In this document: piece after piece, positions 58,848 through 64,000 of the stretch
Position numbering within the stretch: the stretch's first letter is position 1
How the letters are laid out: each line of letters begins with the position of its first letter
Assembly (NCBI RefSeq): GCF_000006765.1
Contig: NC_002516.2
Strand: one strand, 5' to 3'
Length of the DNA: 64,000 nt
Source: Pseudomonas aeruginosa PAO1
GTDB taxonomy: Bacteria; Pseudomonadota; Gammaproteobacteria; Pseudomonadales; Pseudomonadaceae
Notes under the pieces: generated by a model
The model's database searches: none
Told to the model about the DNA's origin: nothing
What the model saw: the letters and a program-made list of their open reading frames with translations, nothing else
Translations under genes and position numbers: made by a program

Positions 58848-60560
58848 ATGCCCCCGTTCCTGATCGAAAGCCTGCAACGCCTGGGCCGCGCCCTGATGCT
58901 GCCGATCGCGATCCTGCCGATCGCCGGCCTGCTGCTGCGCCTGGGCGACGTCGACCTGCTCGACATTCCGCTGGTCCACGACGCCGGCAAGGCGATCTTC
59001 GCCAACCTGGCGCTGATCTTCGCCATCGGCATCGCCGTCGGTTTCGCTCGCGACAACAATGGCACCGCCGGCCTCGCCGGCGCCATCGGCTACCTGGTGA
59101 TGATCTCGGTGCTCAAGGTGATCGATCCGGGCATCGACATGGGCGTGCTCTCCGGCATCATCAGCGGCCTGGTGGCTGGCGCCCTGTATAACCGCTTCAA
59201 GGACGTGAAGCTGCCGGAATACCTGGCGTTCTTCGGCGGCCGCCGCTTCGTGCCGATCGCCACCGGGATCAGCGCGGTCTGCCTGGGCCTGCTGTTCGGG
59301 GTGATCTGGCCACCGCTGCAACAGGGCATCAACGGCCTCGGCCAACTCATGCTGGAAAGCGGCAGCTTCGGCGCCTTCGCCTTCGGCGTGCTGAACCGCC
59401 TGCTGATCGTCACCGGGTTGCACCACATCCTCAACAACCTGGTGTGGTTCGTCTTCGGTAGCTTCACCGACCCGGAAACCGGGCGCGTCGTCACCGGCGA
59501 CCTGGCGCGCTATTTCGCCGGCGACCCGAAGGGCGGCCAGTTCATGGCCGGGATGTTCCCGGTGATGATGTTCGGCCTGCCCGCCGCCTGCCTGGCGATG
59601 TACCGCAACGCCCGTCCGGAGCGGCGCAAGCTGATCGGCGGGCTGCTCCTGTCGATGGCCTTGACCGCCTTCCTCACCGGCGTCACCGAGCCGGTGGAGT
59701 TCGCCTTCATGTTCCTCGCGCCGCTGCTCTACCTGCTGCATGCGCTGCTCACCGGCCTGTCCATGGCCCTCACCGACCTGCTCGATATCCGCCTCGGCTT
59801 CACCTTCTCCGGTGGCGCCATCGACCTCGCCCTGGGCTGGGGCCGTTCCACCCACGGCTGGATGCTCTGGCCGCTGGGCCTGCTCTATGCCGGCATCTAT
59901 TACCTGGTGTTCGACTTCTGCATCCGCCGCTTCAACCTGAAGACCCCGGGCCGCGAAGACGACGCGAGCAGCGAATCGGGCGACAACGCCGAAGCCGAGC
60001 GCGCCCCGGCATTCATCCGCGCCTTGGGTGGCGCAGCCAACCTCGAAGTGGTGGACGCCTGCACCACGCGCCTGCGTCTGCGCCTGGTCGACCGCAACAA
60101 GGCCTCGGACGCCCAACTCAAGGCCCTCGGTGCGATGGCCGTGGTACGTCCGGGCAAGGCCGGCAGCCTGCAGGTGGTGGTCGGCCCACAGGCCGACAGC
60201 ATCGCCGACGAGATCCGCCGCGCCCTGCCCTTCGATACGCAACCGGGCGAAGCCGTACCGCCGCTGGGCAGTCCGCACACAGCCGAAGAGGTGGTGGCGA
60301 TGCAGGCCACCGTCGACGCCGCCGAAGCCCAGGCCTGGCTCGGCGCCCTCGGCGGCGCCGGCAACCTGCGCGAGGTACGGGACGTCGCACTGACCCGCCT
60401 GCGGGTCAGCGTGGCGGACGAACGCAAGCTGGCCACCGAGCAACTGCGTCGTCTCGGCGGACAGGGCGTCAGTTCCCTCGCCGGCGGCATCTGCCATATC
60501 CTGGTGGGCCCCCGCGCCGCGGCCCTGAGCCAGGCCCTGCAACCGCTGCTGCGGCGCTGA
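58848..60560 (+). CDS. nagE: PTS GlcNAc permease EIIC-EIIB with a second degenerate EIIB
   Basis: LQRLGRALMLPIAILP, FFGGRRFVP, GVTEPVEF, DACTTRLR (C405). Confidence 0.93.
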   Translation: MPPFLIESLQRLGRALMLPIAILPIAGLLLRLGDVDLLDIPLVHDAGKAIFANLALIFAIGIAVGFARDNNGTAGLAGAIGYLVMISVLKVIDPGIDMGVLSGIISGLVAGALYNRFKDVKLPEYLAFFGGRRFVPIATGISAVCLGLLFGVIWPPLQQGINGLGQLMLESGSFGAFAFGVLNRLLIVTGLHHILNNLVWFVFGSFTDPETGRVVTGDLARYFAGDPKGGQFMAGMFPVMMFGLPAACLAMYRNARPERRKLIGGLLLSMALTAFLTGVTEPVEFAFMFLAPLLYLLHALLTGLSMALTDLLDIRLGFTFSGGAIDLALGWGRSTHGWMLWPLGLLYAGIYYLVFDFCIRRFNLKTPGREDDASSESGDNAEAERAPAFIRALGGAANLEVVDACTTRLRLRLVDRNKASDAQLKALGAMAVVRPGKAGSLQVVVGPQADSIADEIRRALPFDTQPGEAVPPLGSPHTAEEVVAMQATVDAAEAQAWLGALGGAGNLREVRDVALTRLRVSVADERKLATEQLRRLGGQGVSSLAGGICHILVGPRAAALSQALQPLLRR

Positions 60561-60588
60561 CGGCAGGAGGGCTGGACCTCGGCCAATC

Positions 60589-60715
60589 GGCGGATAACCG
60601 CCAAGCGGTTATTCGCCCCACGCCACAGCTCCCCCGTTCGGGTTCGATAATCGCGAAGCGGTTGTTCGCGCCACGCCACAGCCCCGGGTCGGGCTCTCCC
60701 CGTGAGGCGGATAAC
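60589..60715. repeat. REP-like palindromic tandem repeats
   Basis: Two 41-bp copies (60589-60629, 60642-60682) with a GGATAACCGC..GCGGTTATTC core, plus a partial third copy at 60706. Confidence 0.7.
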
Positions 60716-60716
60716 G

Positions 60717-60746
60717 AAAAGGGCGGCCACTGGCCGCCCTTCTTGC
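60717..60746. terminator. Bidirectional hairpin terminator between nagE and the YqfO-like gene
   Basis: AAGGGCGGCC-act-GGCCGCCCTT with flanking A/T. Confidence 0.65.
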
Positions 60747-60761
60747 TTGTCCGAGGAAAAC

Positions 60762-61079
60762 TCAGAAGACCATGTCGGTCAGGCGCCAGACTTCGTAGGC
60801 CGGGGTCTCATAGGGATGCGCCGCCTTCAGCGCCTTGACGCTGGCGTGGATGAGCTCGTCGGCCACCACCAGCTCCACTTTCCACTCCGCCACGTGCTCG
60901 ACCTGGCCGACCTGGCCCAGGTAGGGTTGGCTACCGTCCAGGGGCCGGAACTGGCCCTGGCCAAGGGACTGCCAGCAGCAACTGTCGTACGCCCCGATGC
61001 GCCCGCCACCCGCGGCGAACACCGCTTGCTTGACGACATCCAGATGGCTCTCAGGCACATAGAAACACAGCTTGTACAT
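60762..61079 (-). CDS. YqfO-like / NIF3 insert-domain small protein (about PA3762)
   Basis: YKLCFYVPE..AAGGGRIGAYDSC..GQGQFRP..HPYETPAYEV. Confidence 0.88.
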   Translation of the reverse strand: MYKLCFYVPESHLDVVKQAVFAAGGGRIGAYDSCCWQSLGQGQFRPLDGSQPYLGQVGQVEHVAEWKVELVVADELIHASVKALKAAHPYETPAYEVWRLTDMVF

Positions 61080-61258
61080 CGTTTTCTCCGCACGAATCGA
61101 ATGCTGCACGAGGCGGTCGGTGGTTGTGCGACTGCCGACGCCAAATAATGGCACTTTGCCTTGACATGATGAATATTTGACGCTGCCTTTACGACAGATA
61201 AGCGCAACATTTGTTCGCTCGTCACAACACCTTCGTGCGGGCGTTCACAGATTTACGT

Positions 61259-61537
61259 TCAGCCGCGGAAACGCCGCCACCTGGCCTTCAGCCCGGAGGC
61301 GGAAGGCGCATGGCTGCCGTCGCAATACGGCAGGTCGGCGGAGCGCCCGCAGCGGCACAACAGCAACAGGCGCTCGCGGGTCGCGTGGAGCGTCAGGCCG
61401 TTGCGGCAGTCGGCGGGACAATCGGGAAGCGAAGCCGAAGCCCCGCAGGTACAGAGCCGCAAGGTGTCGCCGGGAGAGACCCGGCGAACCTCGGGAAGAA
61501 GGTCGGGCGACGAGTTGGAGTCCGCATCGCCCGCCAT
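61259..61537 (-). CDS. CDGSH (NEET) iron-sulfur protein with two cluster-like motifs
   Basis: C61-R-C63..C72-DGS-H76 canonical motif; C29-T-C31..C40-PAD-C44 variant; starts 6 nt after the purL stop. Confidence 0.82.
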   Translation of the reverse strand: MAGDADSNSSPDLLPEVRRVSPGDTLRLCTCGASASLPDCPADCRNGLTLHATRERLLLLCRCGRSADLPYCDGSHAPSASGLKARWRRFRG

Positions 61538-61543
61538 GCCGGA

Positions 61544-64000
61544 TCAGTCCACCCAGACCCGGGCGTTGCGGAACATGCGCAGCCAGCCGCCGTCTTCCTG
61601 CCAGTCGTCCGGACGCCAGGAATTCTGCACGGCGCGGAACACCCGCTCGGGGTGCGGCATCATGATGGTGACCCGGCCGTCGCGGCTGCTCAGCCCGGTG
61701 ATGCCGCGCGGCGACCCGTTGGGGTTGGCCGGGTAGGCTTCGGTGACCTTGCCGTGGTTGTCGACGAAACGCAGCGACACGCAGCCGGAAAGGTCGGCCT
61801 CGAGCAACGCTTCCTCCGACTCGAACTCCGCATGGCCTTCGCCATGGGCGATGGCGATCGGCAGGCGCGAACCGGCCATGCCCTGCAGGAAGATCGACGA
61901 CGACTCCTGCACCTGGACCATCGCCACCCGCGCCTCGAACTGCTCGGAACGGTTGCGCACGAAGTGCGGCCAGAACTCGGTGCCGGGAATCAGCTCGTGC
62001 AGGTTGGACATCATCTGGCAGCCGTTGCAGACGCCGAGGGCGAAGCTGTCCTTGCGCGCGAAGAACGCCTGGAAGCCGTCGCGGGCGCGGGCGTTGAAGA
62101 GGATCGACTTGGCCCAGCCCTCGCCGGCGCCGAGCACGTCGCCGTAGGAGAAGCCACCGCAGGCCACCAGGCCCTTGAAGGCGTCCAGGTCGACCCGCCC
62201 GGCGAGGATGTCGCTCATGTGCACGTCGATCGCGGCGAAGCCGGCGCGGTCGAACGCCGCGGCCATCTCCACCTGGCCGTTGACGCCCTGCTCGCGGAGG
62301 ATCGCCACTTTCGGCCGCACGCCCTTCTTGATGTAGGGCGCGGCGATGTCGTCGTTGACGTCGTAGCTGAGCTTGATCGACAGCCCGGGGTTGTCTTCGT
62401 CCAGCAGCGCGTCGAACTCCTGCTCGGCGCAGTCGGCGTTGTCGCGCAGACGCTGGATCTGGTAGCTGGTCTCGCTCCAGATGCGTTGCAGGATGCGGCG
62501 CTGGGCGCTGTAGACGGTCTCGCCGTTGTAGTTCAGGTTGATCTCGTAGCCGTTGACCGGCTGGCCGATCACCGCCACGCAGTCGTCGAGACCGGCGGCG
62601 CTGAACTGCGCGAGGACTTCCGGAGTGGCACCCTCGCGAACCTGGATCACCGCGCCCAGTTCCTCGCTGAACAACACGGCCGCCAGCTCTTCGCGGCTAT
62701 CGGCCAGGGCATCGAGGTTCAGCTCGACGCCGCAGTGACCGGCGAAGGCCATCTCCAGCACGCTGGTGATCAGGCCGCCGTCGGAACGGTCGTGGTAGGC
62801 GAGGATATGGCCGTCGGCATTGAGCCCCTGGATCACCGCGAAGAAGGCTTTCAGGTCCTCGGCGTCGTCGACGTCCGGCACGGCGCGGCCGAGCTTGCCG
62901 TGGACCTGGGCCAGGATCGAGCCGCCGAGACGGTTCTTGCCGCGGCCGAGATCGATCAGGATCAGGTCGGTCTCGCCCTTGTCCAGGCGCAGTTGCGGGG
63001 TCAGGCTCTGGCGCACGTCGGCGACCGGGGCGAAGCCGGTGACGATCAGCGAGACCGGAGAAGTGACGCTCTTGTCCTCGCCATTGTCCTGCCAGCGGGT
63101 CTTCATGGACATCGAGTCCTTGCCCACCGGGATGGTGATGCCCAGTTCCGGGCACAGTTCCATGCCCACGGCCTTGACCGTGTCATACAGGCGCGCGTCC
63201 TCGCCGGGGTGGCCGGCGGCGGCCATCCAGTTGGCGGAAAGCTTGATGTCGGACAGCTTGCCGACACGCGCGGCAGCCAGGTTGGTGACCGTCTCGCCGA
63301 TGGCCATGCGTCCGGAAGCCGGGGCGTCCAGCAGCGCCAGCGGGGTACGCTCGCCCATCGCCATGGCCTCGCCGGTGTAGACGTCGAAGCTGGTGGCGGT
63401 GACGGCGCAGTCGGCCACCGGCACCTGCCAGGGCCCGACCATCTGGTCGCGGGCCACCAGCCCGGTGATGGTGCGGTCGCCGATGGTGATCAGGAAGCTC
63501 TTGCTGGCCACGGCGGGATGGCGCAGGACGCGCTCGACGCTTTCCTGCAGCTCCAGCCCGGCGGCGTCGAAATCGTCGCCCAGCTCGGCCTCGCGGGTGA
63601 CCGCGCGGTGCATGCGCGGCGCCTTGCCGAGCAGGACTTCCAGCGGCATGTCCACCGGCTTGTTGTCGAAATGGCTGTCGGCGACGGTCAGCTGGCGCTG
63701 CTCGATGGCCTCGCCGACCACCGCGAACGGGCAGCGCTCGCGCTCGCAGATGGCCTTGAAGGTCTCGAAGTCGGCGGCGTCCACCGACAGCACGTAGCGC
63801 TCCTGCGACTCGTTGCACCAGATTTCCAGCGGGCTCATGCCCGGCTCGTCGTTGGGCACCGCGCGCAGCTCGAAGCGACCGCCGCGGCCGCCGTCGTTGA
63901 TCAGTTCCGGCAGGGCGTTGGACAGGCCGCCGGCACCGACGTCATGGATGAAGCTGATCGGGTTGCGCTCGCCGAGCTGCCAGCAGCGGTCGATCACTTC
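61544..64000 (-). CDS. purL: Phosphoribosylformylglycinamidine synthase (3' part; gene starts beyond the window)
   Basis: [47 protein letters not shown]. Confidence 0.99.
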   Translation of the reverse strand, partial: EVIDRCWQLGERNPISFIHDVGAGGLSNALPELINDGGRGGRFELRAVPNDEPGMSPLEIWCNESQERYVLSVDAADFETFKAICERERCPFAVVGEAIEQRQLTVADSHFDNKPVDMPLEVLLGKAPRMHRAVTREAELGDDFDAAGLELQESVERVLRHPAVASKSFLITIGDRTITGLVARDQMVGPWQVPVADCAVTATSFDVYTGEAMAMGERTPLALLDAPASGRMAIGETVTNLAAARVGKLSDIKLSANWMAAAGHPGEDARLYDTVKAVGMELCPELGITIPVGKDSMSMKTRWQDNGEDKSVTSPVSLIVTGFAPVADVRQSLTPQLRLDKGETDLILIDLGRGKNRLGGSILAQVHGKLGRAVPDVDDAEDLKAFFAVIQGLNADGHILAYHDRSDGGLITSVLEMAFAGHCGVELNLDALADSREELAAVLFSEELGAVIQVREGATPEVLAQFSAAGLDDCVAVIGQPVNGYEINLNYNGETVYSAQRRILQRIWSETSYQIQRLRDNADCAEQEFDALLDEDNPGLSIKLSYDVNDDIAAPYIKKGVRPKVAILREQGVNGQVEMAAAFDRAGFAAIDVHMSDILAGRVDLDAFKGLVACGGFSYGDVLGAGEGWAKSILFNARARDGFQAFFARKDSFALGVCNGCQMMSNLHELIPGTEFWPHFVRNRSEQFEARVAMVQVQESSSIFLQGMAGSRLPIAIAHGEGHAEFESEEALLEADLSGCVSLRFVDNHGKVTEAYPANPNGSPRGITGLSSRDGRVTIMMPHPERVFRAVQNSWRPDDWQEDGGWLRMFRNARVWVD

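Noticed and set aside
60589-60746. Repeats as a possible CRISPR array
   Set aside because: Only two degenerate copies with a 12-nt gap, no unique 30-40 nt spacers and no cas genes; REP-like instead
61140-61258. AT-rich intergenic segment with two TTGAC hexamers, a possible sRNA promoter on the plus strand
   Set aside because: No -10 at suitable spacing and no terminator; most simply the promoter region of the YqfO-like gene

Overview
This is a GC-rich chromosomal window of Pseudomonas aeruginosa. From recalled gene order it spans about PA3709-PA3763, and NalC G71/S209 matches the PAO1 reference allele. About 56 protein-coding genes are supported. Housekeeping genes are recJ, thrC, hom, dsbC, xerD, rpsP-rimM-trmD-rplS, ffh, purT and the 3' part of purL. 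Virulence and efflux-control genes are lasB with two las/rhl boxes, nalC and PA3720-armR, and a SoxR-type promoter ahead of an MFS exporter. Also present are spdH and the GlcNAc PTS operon. I recognised no rRNA, tRNA, CRISPR array, IS or prophage. The most unusual locus is the six-gene minus-strand operon at 19175-29405: YjfI, PspA (ESCRT-III-like), YqiJ/NfeD-like, flotillin, a 1746-aa AAA+ ATPase and a single-HKD PLD. It resembles a complete bacterial membrane-remodelling machine. A sigma70 promoter places +1 on the ATG of an N-terminally extended YjfI (leaderless mRNA), and tandem 13-bp repeats overlap that promoter, suggesting autoregulation. Other notable signals: an MshEN domain fused ahead of a cryptic signal peptide, a CDGSH protein with a 4-Cys site, an RcsB-like palindrome before an orphan RcsB-like regulator, and a las/rhl box before a secreted alpha/beta hydrolase. 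PA locus numbers and family names come from memory and motif recognition, not from a database search.
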